Assembly (NCBI GenBank): GCA_964636385.1
Contig: CAZWSC010000010.1
Coordinates: forward strand, 12,159-76,158
Source: an uncultured bacterium
GTDB taxonomy: Bacteria; Eisenbacteria; RBG-16-71-46; CAIMUX01
Reading direction: 5' to 3'
Length of the DNA: 64,000 nt
In this document: positions 32,789 through 42,871 of the stretch, piece by piece
Layout of the letters: each line of letters begins with the position of its first letter
How positions within the stretch are numbered: position 1 is the first letter of the stretch
Made by a program: the position numbers and the translations under genes
The notes under the pieces: model-generated
What the model saw: the letters and a program-made list of their open reading frames with translations, nothing else
What the model was told of the DNA's origin: nothing
The model's database searches: none

Positions 32789-34185
32789 GCGCCCCCGTCT
32801 CCGCGGATCGTTACAAGGGGTACCGCAACCCGGTGCGCAGGCTCCTGGAGGAGTGGAACGCAGGGGTCTGGTCGGATGTCGAGGTACTGACGAGCAAGGG
32901 GGAATTCCGGGGGATCATACTCCCGCGAAGCGAGACGGCCGACGCCGAGCATCTCGTCCTGAAGCTTCACACCGGGTACAATGTCGGGCTTCACGCAGAC
33001 ACCATCCGGGAGATCCGGGAGGTCGGGTTCAAGGAGGCGCACTACAGGATCCCGGAAAAAGAGTTCCCGTTCGATCCCGCCAAGCCGAGTGTGACGCTCC
33101 TCGGCACCGGGGGGACGATCGCCTCACGCCTCGACTACAGGACAGGCGCGGTCATCCCGGCCTTCTCGCCCGGCGAACTGTACGGCGCCGTTCCCGAACT
33201 GGCCGACTACTGCAACCTGACGACGAGGAAGCTCTTCGGCGAGTTCAGCGAGAACATAGGACCGGTCCACTGGATCGCCCTCGCCGAGGCGGTGGCGGAG
33301 GAGATCCGGAAGGGCGCGACGGGGATCATCATCGGCCACGGCACCGACACCATGCACTACACATCAGCGGCCCTCTCCTTCATGGTCCAGGACTCGCCCG
33401 TGCCGATCGTGATGGTCGGCTCGCAGAGGTCCAGCGACAGGCCTTCCTCGGACGCGGCGCTCAACCTGATCCACTCCGCGAAGACGGCGGCTGAGAGCGA
33501 CATCGCCGAGGTAATGGTCTGCATGTTCGGCCCGACCAGCGACCAGTACGGCCTGCTCCACCAGGGCACGCGCGTGCGGAAGATGCACACCTCGTACCGC
33601 TCCACATTCCGCACGATCGGCGACATCCCGCTGGCCATGGTCTCGATGGACGAGATCCGTCCGATCCGCCAGGACTACCGAAAGCGCGCCAACGACAGGC
33701 AGATGAAGGTGGAGACGCGCTTCGACGACCGGATCAGCATCGTCTACTACTACCCGAACATGAAGCCGGACATCATCGACTCGCTGGTGGACAACGGGTA
33801 CCGCGGGATCGTGATCGCGGGGACGGGGCTCGGCCACGTCAACAAGCCGCTCTATCCGTCGCTTCGCCGCGCGATCCGGGAGAAGAACGTCGCGGTCTAC
33901 ATGACGCCCGAGACCCTGTGGGGCTACGTGCAGATGTACGTGTACGACACCGGCCGGGACATGATGGCCCTCGGAGTCGTTCCCTGCGCCAACATGCTGC
34001 CGGAGACCGCCTACGTGAAGCTGGGCTGGGCGCTGGGGCAGTCGCAGGACCAGGACGAGATCCGGCGGATCATGCTGGCGCCCGTTGCGAACGACATGAC
34101 CGAGCGCGAACCGCCCAACGGCTACCTTGTTCTGCAGGGCGGAATCCCCGAGGTTGACGCCTTCATGAAGTCGATCGCGAAGTAG
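32785..34185 (+). CDS. gatD: Glu-tRNA(Gln) amidotransferase subunit D
   Basis: GatD-specific N-domain (LKLHTGYNVG), TGGTIASRLDYRTG, HGTDTM, SQRSSDRPSSD, RKMHTS; GTGA overlap with gatE. Confidence 0.95.
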   Translation: MSAPVSADRYKGYRNPVRRLLEEWNAGVWSDVEVLTSKGEFRGIILPRSETADAEHLVLKLHTGYNVGLHADTIREIREVGFKEAHYRIPEKEFPFDPAKPSVTLLGTGGTIASRLDYRTGAVIPAFSPGELYGAVPELADYCNLTTRKLFGEFSENIGPVHWIALAEAVAEEIRKGATGIIIGHGTDTMHYTSAALSFMVQDSPVPIVMVGSQRSSDRPSSDAALNLIHSAKTAAESDIAEVMVCMFGPTSDQYGLLHQGTRVRKMHTSYRSTFRTIGDIPLAMVSMDEIRPIRQDYRKRANDRQMKVETRFDDRISIVYYYPNMKPDIIDSLVDNGYRGIVIAGTGLGHVNKPLYPSLRRAIREKNVAVYMTPETLWGYVQMYVYDTGRDMMALGVVPCANMLPETAYVKLGWALGQSQDQDEIRRIMLAPVANDMTEREPPNGYLVLQGGIPEVDAFMKSIAK

Positions 34186-34191
34186 GCCCGC

Positions 34192-35424
34192 CTAGAACGC
34201 CCGGCCGAACCGCCCGTACGTGACCCCGACGTGGAAGCGCAGGAAGGTTTCCTGCAGGCCGACATCGTCCCGGTTCCCGGTTCTACCGTACTCCACGCCC
34301 ACGTCCAGGTAACCGCGGTCAACCTGTACAGGCACGCCCAGCCCGAGGGTGGCTGCCCACTCGCTCACGCCGGTTCCGTCCCTCTGCAGAACCGGCAGAT
34401 CGCCGTGCGAGAACCCCGCCCGCCAGAGGGCGCGCCTGAGCGCCGGGTACTGCCTCGGGGTATCGTGGGGGGGGTGGAGGACATAGCCGATGCCGAGCCG
34501 TCTGGCGTCCTGAAGAAGGAATCCTTCCGCATCGCCTCCGCCTGATGCGCCCTTCAGGCTGAACTCCGAATCGGTCCACGGAACCGCGTTCCAGTCGAGG
34601 GCGACGCGATGCCGTCCGCCGATCGTGTAGGAGATGCCAAATCCGTATCCTTCCGGAAGCCGCAGGGCGGCGCGCCTCTCCCAGTCCAGGCCGGTGGTGC
34701 TGGTCAGCTTCGCATCGAGGTCGAGATCCATCGCTCCGTGGTACACCCCGCCCAGCGCCAGGCCGGGAAACGGGCGGGCCTGGAATCCCGCACTCCACGA
34801 GAACCCGTTCTTCATGCGGGTTCGTACGGTGGTGCGGGTGCCGAGATACCCCGGCGAGTCGTACACATCCTCGCTGATGTCCCGAAGCGTTCCCTGCGCA
34901 TGGCCGATCCGAAGACCCAGGGATCCCAGGTCACCGGGGAGGCGGCAGGCAACAGAACCGGACAGTTCGCCGAGTCCGCCCGATCCCCGCAGCGTCCTGG
35001 TGAAGGAGGCATCCTCCCAGCCGGCGTTCCGCTTCATCTTCACGAAGTACCTCGCGTCCGTGAGGTCCCGGTAACCTGCGCTCCAGGACAGGGGGCCGGG
35101 ACCGGGCAGCACGACAGCCAGGCTGTAGAGGCGGGTCCTGCTGCGCCGCCAGGAGCGTTCCGACTCCGAAGTGCTTATCCAGCGGGTGTGGTGTGCAAGG
35201 CTCTGGCCGACCTGCGGCCTTTCGGCCCATGCAAGTCCCGCAGGGTTGACGAAGCTCATCTGGTGCGAATCCACAACCCCGATGGCGGTACCCCCCGCCA
35301 TCCGGGAGGCGCTGTCGTAGCCCTCCTGCGGGCGGCCGATCCACTCCATCCCCCAGAGCGACTCGCCGTGTGAAAGCCCGGGCACGGCCAGCAGAATCGA
35401 CAGGAGCAGGATCCTGCGCATCAC
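34192..35424 (-). CDS. Outer-membrane beta-barrel (FadL/OmpP1-like)
   Basis: Signal peptide, MAGGT...NPAGLA, GSGGLGE, alternating beta strands, terminal Phe. Confidence 0.7.
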   Translation of the reverse strand: MMRRILLLSILLAVPGLSHGESLWGMEWIGRPQEGYDSASRMAGGTAIGVVDSHQMSFVNPAGLAWAERPQVGQSLAHHTRWISTSESERSWRRSRTRLYSLAVVLPGPGPLSWSAGYRDLTDARYFVKMKRNAGWEDASFTRTLRGSGGLGELSGSVACRLPGDLGSLGLRIGHAQGTLRDISEDVYDSPGYLGTRTTVRTRMKNGFSWSAGFQARPFPGLALGGVYHGAMDLDLDAKLTSTTGLDWERRAALRLPEGYGFGISYTIGGRHRVALDWNAVPWTDSEFSLKGASGGGDAEGFLLQDARRLGIGYVLHPPHDTPRQYPALRRALWRAGFSHGDLPVLQRDGTGVSEWAATLGLGVPVQVDRGYLDVGVEYGRTGNRDDVGLQETFLRFHVGVTYGRFGRAF

Positions 35425-36797
35425 TCTGCACCTCCCTTCGCCCACCGTGGATCCGGAGGCATTGTGTAAAGCAGGCGGAGCTGGGGTCGTTTCGCCTCCT
35501 CGGAGCTGCCGGAGTGAATCGCGATCGACCTCCTAGAGGAGACTTCGCCGATCGCCCTTACGAGAAGCCCATGATTCGCCCCGCCGTCGAACCAGCGCTG
35601 CACAAGGTCGCCGATGTCCAGCGACAGGCTCCAGCCGATCGAATCCAGCTCCGCGGCAACCACGGCCCGGTCGTAGAATGCCCCCACCGTTATCTCGAGT
35701 GATCCGTCATCTCCCGACTCGTCCCACTCCCCGTCCACGTGGTACACACCTGCGCTGATTCCCTCCGGCACCTCGGGTGAATCCAGGTAGAGCCGCAGAA
35801 GCGCGCGGTTGACGGTGATCCCTCTCGGATCCTCGCCGGTCTCCAGGCGCACTGAATCAGGCAGTGTGAGCAGGGAGTCGGGGAAGTCGAACTTCAGCAG
35901 GGCACGTGTCGGCAGCCACTCGCTGATCCTGACGAGTTCCCCATCCGGAGGAAGGGGATCGCGCCTGTCCAGGTAGACAAACGCATCCTTCACCGGAGAG
36001 ACGATCTTCAGTATCGAATCGCCCGACATGACCTCGAGGGGAGGATTCGCTATCCTCACGCCTGTCTGGTCGGTCAGCACGGCCTTTCTGGAAAGGACCT
36101 CCAGCACTCCGTCCGAAGAACCCTCGCTCAGGAGGAGCGCGATACCGCGGTTGCTGTCGGGATCCCGGACCCAGCGGCGGATCGTGGCGCCCGGTATCTC
36201 GACCACCCGCTCCACCAGGAAGGAATCCTCCCTCACCGGGACTGGTTGGGGATAGGTGAAGAACGGCTCATCCGCGAACGCCGGCCGTTTCTCCCAGAGC
36301 AGGGCGGTCTCCGACCAGGATGTGTCCGAGATCACCTCGTGGGCGGAGACTCTGATCGCATCCCCCTGCCCCCCGTGCATGCGCAGTCCCAGCCTGGCGC
36401 TCGTCACGGTCGAAGTGTCCGGAAAGTCACCGAACTGGAGATACGCTATCGCCTCCAGGGTGTCGCTCCGGGCAATGCGCAGGACGGGCGCGAAGCCCGA
36501 TGACAGCTCCGCGCGGATCGGGCGGTCCATCACCGGCTCAGCCACGAAGAGGGTTTCGGGCATGGCGAGAAGGCCATCCCTCTGGCTGCCCGGATTGAAG
36601 AGCGGACTTTCCCCTTCGGAGCACCCGGTCGCGAGCACCGCCAGAAGCAGGAGGCCAATCCGGGGCAGGAATCCCGCCGGATGCGGGGATCCGGCCCGCC
36701 GCCGCGCGCCATATCGTACTCTGTCCCTCGCCGTGAGGAGCCGGCCCCGGGCGTTCCCAGAGGCGGATTCGGTCATCGCCGTGCTTGATTGCCTCAA
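35421..36797 (-). CDS. Lipoprotein with two DNRLRE-like beta-sandwich domains
   Basis: SD GGAGGT before TTG; lipobox ATGC; repeated ..W..G..N.G.LL and RP.L motifs. Confidence 0.65.
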   Translation of the reverse strand: MRQSSTAMTESASGNARGRLLTARDRVRYGARRRAGSPHPAGFLPRIGLLLLAVLATGCSEGESPLFNPGSQRDGLLAMPETLFVAEPVMDRPIRAELSSGFAPVLRIARSDTLEAIAYLQFGDFPDTSTVTSARLGLRMHGGQGDAIRVSAHEVISDTSWSETALLWEKRPAFADEPFFTYPQPVPVREDSFLVERVVEIPGATIRRWVRDPDSNRGIALLLSEGSSDGVLEVLSRKAVLTDQTGVRIANPPLEVMSGDSILKIVSPVKDAFVYLDRRDPLPPDGELVRISEWLPTRALLKFDFPDSLLTLPDSVRLETGEDPRGITVNRALLRLYLDSPEVPEGISAGVYHVDGEWDESGDDGSLEITVGAFYDRAVVAAELDSIGWSLSLDIGDLVQRWFDGGANHGLLVRAIGEVSSRRSIAIHSGSSEEAKRPQLRLLYTMPPDPRWAKGGAE

Positions 36798-37083
36798 CTT
36801 GTTACCTCCCATGAGGGCAGATCGTATGAGAGCCAACGCTGCAGGTCAACGTGGAGGGTTGGACGAAATCCCGGTGCTGCTCAACGCGCACCTGCGTGCG
36901 CGAGAACCCCTGGACGCCACCCACCCCAATCGGGCCGACATGAGCCATCTGCACGCAAGGCGCCTTATCACAGGAGTATCAGACCGCTGCGCAGGAACAT
37001 GGCTGCTCCGCCGAGGGGCCTCTCCCCACACTCACCACAAGACCAGCACACCGACACCTCACGTTCCCAGGCGCTTGCGACGA

Positions 37084-37099
37084 TGGCACAGCCCTTGCG
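37084..37099 (+). promoter_or_regulatory. sigma54 promoter
   Basis: TGGCACAGCCCTTGCG, near-consensus. Confidence 0.65.
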
Positions 37100-37109
37100 G
37101 CACACAAGG

Positions 37110-37291
37110 TCATCGTAGCCTCCGCAAGCGCGAGACAAGCCGGTGGCCGGCTTCTCCCCGGCCGGCCACCGGCGGAATCAAGGAAAGGAGCCTGATCACC
37201 CAGCAACGCACCGAGCACAGCGCATATCTCCGGGCTTCCCCCGACCCGGCCATGCGAGGCCTCCTGCCCCCGGGAGGCCTCGTCGCATTTT
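37110..37291 (+). ncRNA. Candidate sigma54-dependent small RNA or structured leader
   Basis: Promoter, perfect 13-bp hairpin (37139-37173) and 10-bp terminator-like hairpin (37255-37282) followed shortly by TTTT. Confidence 0.35.
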
Positions 37292-37392
37292 GACCCCCGG
37301 CTCCGACTGCCCTATGCTCGCCCCGGCACCGCAGCATCCTCTGGGTTGCCGCGGAAGTGTCGGATTCACGGCAACACCCGGGAGATAGTCAG

Positions 37393-38778
37393 ATGCGCCA
37401 CCGCGCCGGCAGCTCAGGAGAAGATGGCACTCGAGCGCAGAACTGCGGCAATACGGCCGGTGCGTTCAGGAGGCGCTGGATCGTACCCGGCCTGGTTGTC
37501 CATCGCGTGGGGCGTTTGGGACTCCCGCTTCTCATGACCTGCATCATCATGCATACGCTTGCGGATCCCGGCCGCGGGTCATACATGCTTCCAGAGGGTC
37601 TGCGCCGCCTGCAGAGCGAACTGGGTCAGCCTTACGGAACTGATGAGCTCGCGACCGATGCAGTGGCGGTTCCACTGGAGCGGCCGGTTGATCCCGACAC
37701 CTACAGCCTCATCCCCGGAGACAGGCTGCACGTGGGCATATGGGGAGATCCCGCACGCACGCACCGGATCCGTGTGTCACCCGAGGGGGACCTGCTGATC
37801 CCCGATGTCGGCCCCGTGCGCGTGGTGGCTATGACGCTGAGAGAAGCCGAATCGGCCGTCACTTCAGCACTCCGTCCCTTCTACAGCACCGAAGCAGTTA
37901 CAGTCCGGATCATCGAACTCGGGCTCTACAGGATCGCTGTGACGGGCATGGTCGCCTCTCCCGGAATGGTGGAGCTCACATCCATGGACAGGCTCACCGA
38001 CGCCCTGGAGGCAGCAGGCGGGCTGCTGGCCGGCGCGAGCCTCAGACGCGTCACGCTTCTCGATCAGGGCGCGCCCGCGGGCGAAGCCGGAGAGGTCGAT
38101 CTTCTCGGGTGGTTCCTGGACGGAGATCAGGGTTCGAACCCTGTCCTGGTACCCGGGCTTGCCGTGGATGTCCCTGTCCGAAGCGATGCCGTGCGGGTGA
38201 GGGGCCCTGTGAACATGCGTATCTTCGAGAAGGAGGCCAGACCCAGGCCCGACCCGATCCCCAACAGGCCGCCCGAAGAGCCGGAGAGCATCATCGAGTG
38301 GAAGCAGGGTGACACGGTGGGGAGGATCCTGGCCTGGCATGGAGGGCTTTCCGAGGCGGCGACCGGCCGCGCAACGCTCCTGCGCAGCGGGTCGCAGCGG
38401 ATCGATCTCGACCTTACGAACCGGGAATCGATGCGGACTCTGATGCAGCCCGGAGACCTGCTGGAGATCGAGTACGGCAACCGCTGGATCTACGTCGTCG
38501 GCTCGGTCAGATTCCCGGGGCGGTTCCCGTATCTTCCCGGGCGGACCGCACTGGACTACGTCGCGATGGCCGGCGGGGCGACCGAACTGGGCCGTGCGAC
38601 CGGATGGAAGCTTATACACCCTGACGGCAGGCAGACCGGCCTGGCCCTCGACACGGTCATGGATCCCGGCTCCACGATCCGGGTGCCGGAGAGGCGAACC
38701 TACACGCTCGCATCCCTGCTGTCGCCTCTGAGCACAGCGACAGCCCTGGTGATATCGGTCATTGCCCTGACGCGGTGA
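37393..38778 (+). CDS. Polysaccharide export protein with SLBB domains (Wza/KpsD-like)
   Basis: DTYSLIPGD.L...V.PEG....P.VG, several V.G.V..PG SLBB repeats, C-terminal hydrophobic helix. Confidence 0.85.
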   Translation: MRHRAGSSGEDGTRAQNCGNTAGAFRRRWIVPGLVVHRVGRLGLPLLMTCIIMHTLADPGRGSYMLPEGLRRLQSELGQPYGTDELATDAVAVPLERPVDPDTYSLIPGDRLHVGIWGDPARTHRIRVSPEGDLLIPDVGPVRVVAMTLREAESAVTSALRPFYSTEAVTVRIIELGLYRIAVTGMVASPGMVELTSMDRLTDALEAAGGLLAGASLRRVTLLDQGAPAGEAGEVDLLGWFLDGDQGSNPVLVPGLAVDVPVRSDAVRVRGPVNMRIFEKEARPRPDPIPNRPPEEPESIIEWKQGDTVGRILAWHGGLSEAATGRATLLRSGSQRIDLDLTNRESMRTLMQPGDLLEIEYGNRWIYVVGSVRFPGRFPYLPGRTALDYVAMAGGATELGRATGWKLIHPDGRQTGLALDTVMDPGSTIRVPERRTYTLASLLSPLSTATALVISVIALTR

Positions 38779-40024
38779 TGGCCTCCAGCAGTTCGACCCA
38801 GGCGGCTGCGCAGTGATCCCATGTGCGCGCACCGGCAATGTACCTGTGGCCGGGTCCTTCGCCCTCGCGCCATGGCCAGTCGCGCAGAGGCCTGCCTGAG
38901 CTCTCCCATCGCCTGCTCCACCGCTGGATTCCCTCCGCCCACGCCCCCGCGCCGCCGTCCGGGGGGATCCGCTCCCCGGCGCCCAGGCGTTCGACCAGGT
39001 CCAGGCCGCGCGCGGCCGTAACGATGATCGGGCGGTCACAGGCGAGTCCCTGCAGGAGCTTCAGGGCCTCGCTCTCCCCTCCCAGCGCCTCGTACAACGG
39101 GGCTCGATAGGGAACGATGGCGGCCTGCGCCGCCTGAACCATGCGTGCCGCATCCTCCTCCGGCAGGCCACCGAAAAACTGCACCCGGCCTGCCAGGCCG
39201 AGTCTGCCGGTGAGGTTATACAGCGCAGTCCGCTCGGGTCCGTCCCCGGCTATCAGGAGGCGCAGCGGCAAACCGGGCAGGAGCGCGAGTGCCCGGATGA
39301 CCGCCCCCAGATCCTGCACGCGGTTAAGGTTCCCGGCGAAGGCGAGCACGAACTCGGTGTCATCGGCGCCAAGCCCGCGGCGGATCTCCGGAATCTCCGC
39401 CCCCAGGACGGGGGGGATCCAGGCTCCGTTCGGGATCACGTGAACACGGCGCGGATCGAGGCCATGCAGCGTGATGAGGGATGACGCCAGCGGGGATGTC
39501 ACCGCAACGACTGCATCCGCGCGGCGGAGCGCCGACCCCTCCACGAAGCGCGCACCCTTCGCGCGAAGCCCGCCGGCATTCCCGGGGCCACCTGCCTGCC
39601 CCGCCGTCAGGTCGCCATGGGATGCGTGTATCTCGAGCACCAGCGGCGCGGGTCTGCGGCACCCTCTCCCGGCGCCGGGGCCTGCACAACCACCGGGTTG
39701 CGATCGCGGCAGGAGAAGCGGGGAGAAGCAGAAGAGCTCCTGGCGGATCAGGCGGACATCGGGCTCGAAGCTGACCGCATCGGCCCGCGCCTTCCGGGAG
39801 AGACGAAGCTCCCGGGTCACGTGGCGCAGCCGGGGCACGGGGATCCCGCTCACGTGGGCCCAGCCGCCCGACGGGCCGCTCCACCCGATCCCGGCCGATG
39901 GACGCGTAGAGAGGAGGCGCACTGTCTGCCCCCGCGACTCCAGCCCCTGTGCGAGGCGGCGCACATGCACGGCGTTACCCTGCGGGAGCGACAGGTCCAC
40001 TCCTGCCTGGTACAGGATCTTCAA
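38759..40024 (-). CDS. Glycosyltransferase family 4
   Basis: VHVIPNG, FAGNL, IAGDGPER, V.F.G, LK..Q.LAC.RP. Confidence 0.85.
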   Translation of the reverse strand: MKILYQAGVDLSLPQGNAVHVRRLAQGLESRGQTVRLLSTRPSAGIGWSGPSGGWAHVSGIPVPRLRHVTRELRLSRKARADAVSFEPDVRLIRQELFCFSPLLLPRSQPGGCAGPGAGRGCRRPAPLVLEIHASHGDLTAGQAGGPGNAGGLRAKGARFVEGSALRRADAVVAVTSPLASSLITLHGLDPRRVHVIPNGAWIPPVLGAEIPEIRRGLGADDTEFVLAFAGNLNRVQDLGAVIRALALLPGLPLRLLIAGDGPERTALYNLTGRLGLAGRVQFFGGLPEEDAARMVQAAQAAIVPYRAPLYEALGGESEALKLLQGLACDRPIIVTAARGLDLVERLGAGERIPPDGGAGAWAEGIQRWSRRWESSGRPLRDWPWREGEGPGHRYIAGARTWDHCAAAWVELLEAITASGQ

Positions 40025-41409
40025 CGCCTGCCCCGCGGCGCCCAGGCCACGAGCGCTCCGGCCCAGAGCCAGATCCACTGGTTCACGAAGATATCACCGC
40101 TGAACTGCGCGTTGACCATGTGGAAGACGAACTGCGCCGCAACCAGGCGCAGGAGTATCCGTTCCACCAGCGATCCCCGCCCCGCCTGGAGCCTCCTCCA
40201 TCCGTTCCAGCGGCCGAACAGGACTGCGAGGAAGGCCAGCCAGATCACGAGCCCGGGCAGGCCGTTCTCAAGGTAGAGCTCGAGGAAGATGTTGTGCGGG
40301 TAGAACCGCTGGTCACCGATGCTGAAGAGCTGGCTGAAGCCGCCCGTGCCCAGCCCCCACAGCCCGCTCTGCCGGAATGCATCGAGAGCCATGTCGAGAA
40401 TGCGTGAGCGTACAAGGTTGGACATGGCGCGGCCTTCTACCAGGCGCTCGGAGGCGAATGCCAGCAGCAGGACCGGTGCTGCGATCATCAGCAGGACGGC
40501 GAGCCTGCGGATGATCGGACTCCGTCTGCGCCCCGCCATCTCCTGCTCCACTGTTCCGCCACCCAGGGCAAACCAGACCATCAGCGCGGCCGCGAGCGCC
40601 AAAAGCGGCCCGCGGGATCCGGTGGCATAGGCGACCCATCCCATGAGCCCGATCACAGGCACCGCAGGGATCCACCGGATGCGGCCCATCGCCTGCAGCG
40701 CCAGGATCAGCAGGATCCCCATCCCCATGTGCCGCGCCAGCCATATCGTGGTTATCCCGAGCGCGGACAGCCGCACCGGAAACGGATCGAACCTGACGAA
40801 CCAGTTGACCCCTGCCGCAGACGCGATCAGCACCTGCCAGAACGTCAGCGGGATCAGGAAGGAGAGCGCGGCCTTCTCCAGGGTCTCCCCTTGATCTCCG
40901 CTGCTGGCAGGCTTCAGGATCCACGCCGCGCCGAATAGCAGGAGCAGGTTGACGAGCAGGTAGAACTGCAGCTTCATGAAGCCGTACGCGGGAGACTGCG
41001 TGTACATGAGTCCCGCTGCCAGGACGACGCCCAGCAGAGCGCCCAGACAGATCACGGGATCGCCGATGACCGATCTCCCCCGCCGGCTCAGCGTACCCCA
41101 CAGCGATCCCCAGAACTGGCCTGCGAGAACGAGCACGATCATCACCCAGCCCAGGTGCCACACCGGCTTCTCGGAACCGAGCGCATGGCTCACCCGGTCT
41201 AGAAGGGGCAGCCCGGCAGCGGAGAAGGCTATCGCGGCCCGGGGGCGGGACAGCAGCAGAGCCAGGCCGACAGCAGCGAGAAGCCCCGCTGTTATCGAGG
41301 CCGCGTGGGTCAGTGTGGCCAGCACGACCAGGTCTACGACCAGGATCGGAATCCAGAAGAGGCGCGCCGGCAGCCTGACCGCGGTAGTGCTGGCTGTGGC
41401 CTGGTCCAT
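40021..41409 (-). CDS. O-antigen ligase/Wzy-type polymerase
   Basis: Many TM segments; TGSRG, GLGTGGF, YPHNIFLELYLENGLPG. Confidence 0.85.
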   Translation of the reverse strand: MDQATASTTAVRLPARLFWIPILVVDLVVLATLTHAASITAGLLAAVGLALLLSRPRAAIAFSAAGLPLLDRVSHALGSEKPVWHLGWVMIVLVLAGQFWGSLWGTLSRRGRSVIGDPVICLGALLGVVLAAGLMYTQSPAYGFMKLQFYLLVNLLLLFGAAWILKPASSGDQGETLEKAALSFLIPLTFWQVLIASAAGVNWFVRFDPFPVRLSALGITTIWLARHMGMGILLILALQAMGRIRWIPAVPVIGLMGWVAYATGSRGPLLALAAALMVWFALGGGTVEQEMAGRRRSPIIRRLAVLLMIAAPVLLLAFASERLVEGRAMSNLVRSRILDMALDAFRQSGLWGLGTGGFSQLFSIGDQRFYPHNIFLELYLENGLPGLVIWLAFLAVLFGRWNGWRRLQAGRGSLVERILLRLVAAQFVFHMVNAQFSGDIFVNQWIWLWAGALVAWAPRGRR

Positions 41410-41422
41410 CCGCCTGAACCTG

Positions 41423-42631
41423 TCAGAGACGCCGCAGGACGAAGCCCAGGCCGAGCTCATCCGCGATCCGCGACACCGTGTGGAAGCGGTCGGGGGCCTC
41501 TCTCCTCATCCGGATCAGGTTCTCCAGAATCGCGGCGAGCAGCACGCTCAGCAGGAAGGCCGCAAGGGTCGCACTCACGCAGATGAGCCAGCGGATCGGC
41601 CTCGCCTTCAGCGTGGGCGGCGCCGCCTCGTCCAGGATCTGCACTGTGGGCGTGTCCCGCATCTCCTGGATTCTGTACTGCTCATGCTGCTGGGTCAGGA
41701 ACTCGAAGACGGCTTCCTGGATCTTCACCTCCCTGATAGCGCGCGCGTACTCCAGCGTGATGCCCGGGTAGTCGCGCAGCGGAAGATCGAGAGTGCCGGT
41801 TCTCGCCTCACGATCCGGACCGGTGGGCCGGTCGTCGGGCCCGAAATCGAGCGAGGCCATCCGTGCGGCCAATGCCGCCACCTCGCGCTCCAGCGAACGC
41901 AGGCCGGGGTGCTGAACGCCAAGCTGGTCCCGCAGCACGGAGAGCTCGACCTCCTTGAAGATCAGCTGAACCTGCACCTGGGCCGCGGCGTTGATGACGG
42001 CCCTCAGCTGGTCCTCGGGGGCAAGTACACCGCTCTCCTCCTGTATCCGGCGCAGCGTCTCCTCCGCCTCGGACAGCTCCCGGCGGTTCTCCCGGAGCCG
42101 CCTCTCGATGAACTCCCGCGCGACCCGGGCCGAGCTGGTCCTCTTCTCGCGATTCACCCGGTCGAGTTCGGTGACAAAGGTCCTTGCCATACCCGCGGCG
42201 CGCTCCGGCTCTTTGTCGAGGACGGTGACCGTGACGACTCCCTCGCGCCCGACGTTCACGTCGACCTTCCTGCGCAGTGCTTTGAGAGCCCGGTCCATGT
42301 CGTCGACCTTGTAAACCTCGAGAAGGCCGTGCTCCTCCACCACCACTTCCCGCACCGACCTGCTGTTCAGGATCGCCGCGAAGAGGTCGGAGGGGGAGGC
42401 CAGCACGGGAAGGTGCGTCCTGTTGCCGCCCAGGGCCGCCATGCTGATCATCGATGTCAGGCTGCCCAGGGTGGGTGATTCGTCCTCCGGAGGAAAGACG
42501 GAGCCGTGGGCCCTGTACCACTTCGGCAGCAGGAATGCCACCAGCAGCGCCGCCACTGCCACTATGACGGTGTTCCAGAAGATCATGCGCTTCCACTTGA
42601 GGAGCGCGAGGCACTGTTCCAGGAGGCTCAT
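41423..42631 (-). CDS. Polysaccharide co-polymerase (Wzz/GumC-like)
   Basis: N-terminal TM plus PKWY, coiled coil with HP motif, QILDEAAPP...P and C-terminal TM. Confidence 0.85.
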   Translation of the reverse strand: MSLLEQCLALLKWKRMIFWNTVIVAVAALLVAFLLPKWYRAHGSVFPPEDESPTLGSLTSMISMAALGGNRTHLPVLASPSDLFAAILNSRSVREVVVEEHGLLEVYKVDDMDRALKALRRKVDVNVGREGVVTVTVLDKEPERAAGMARTFVTELDRVNREKRTSSARVAREFIERRLRENRRELSEAEETLRRIQEESGVLAPEDQLRAVINAAAQVQVQLIFKEVELSVLRDQLGVQHPGLRSLEREVAALAARMASLDFGPDDRPTGPDREARTGTLDLPLRDYPGITLEYARAIREVKIQEAVFEFLTQQHEQYRIQEMRDTPTVQILDEAAPPTLKARPIRWLICVSATLAAFLLSVLLAAILENLIRMRREAPDRFHTVSRIADELGLGFVLRRL

Positions 42632-42871
42632 GGCCCGGCAGTATAGCATCATCCCCCGACCCGGGATACGGCAGGTGCCGGGTGGGGCCACGCCGGCAGA
42701 CCGCGGGTCCCTGCCCGGAATCCTGCCTCCCGGCCCCGAGTCCGCAGTGGAAACCTGCCCGGGTTTGTGCTATCACTCGCCATCTGGGGCTCTGGCCCCG
42801 GCCGGTCATGCCTGATCAGGGGCAGAGAGCCCCGGACGGCCGGGCTGCGCCGATGTCCCCGGGGAGGTCCG

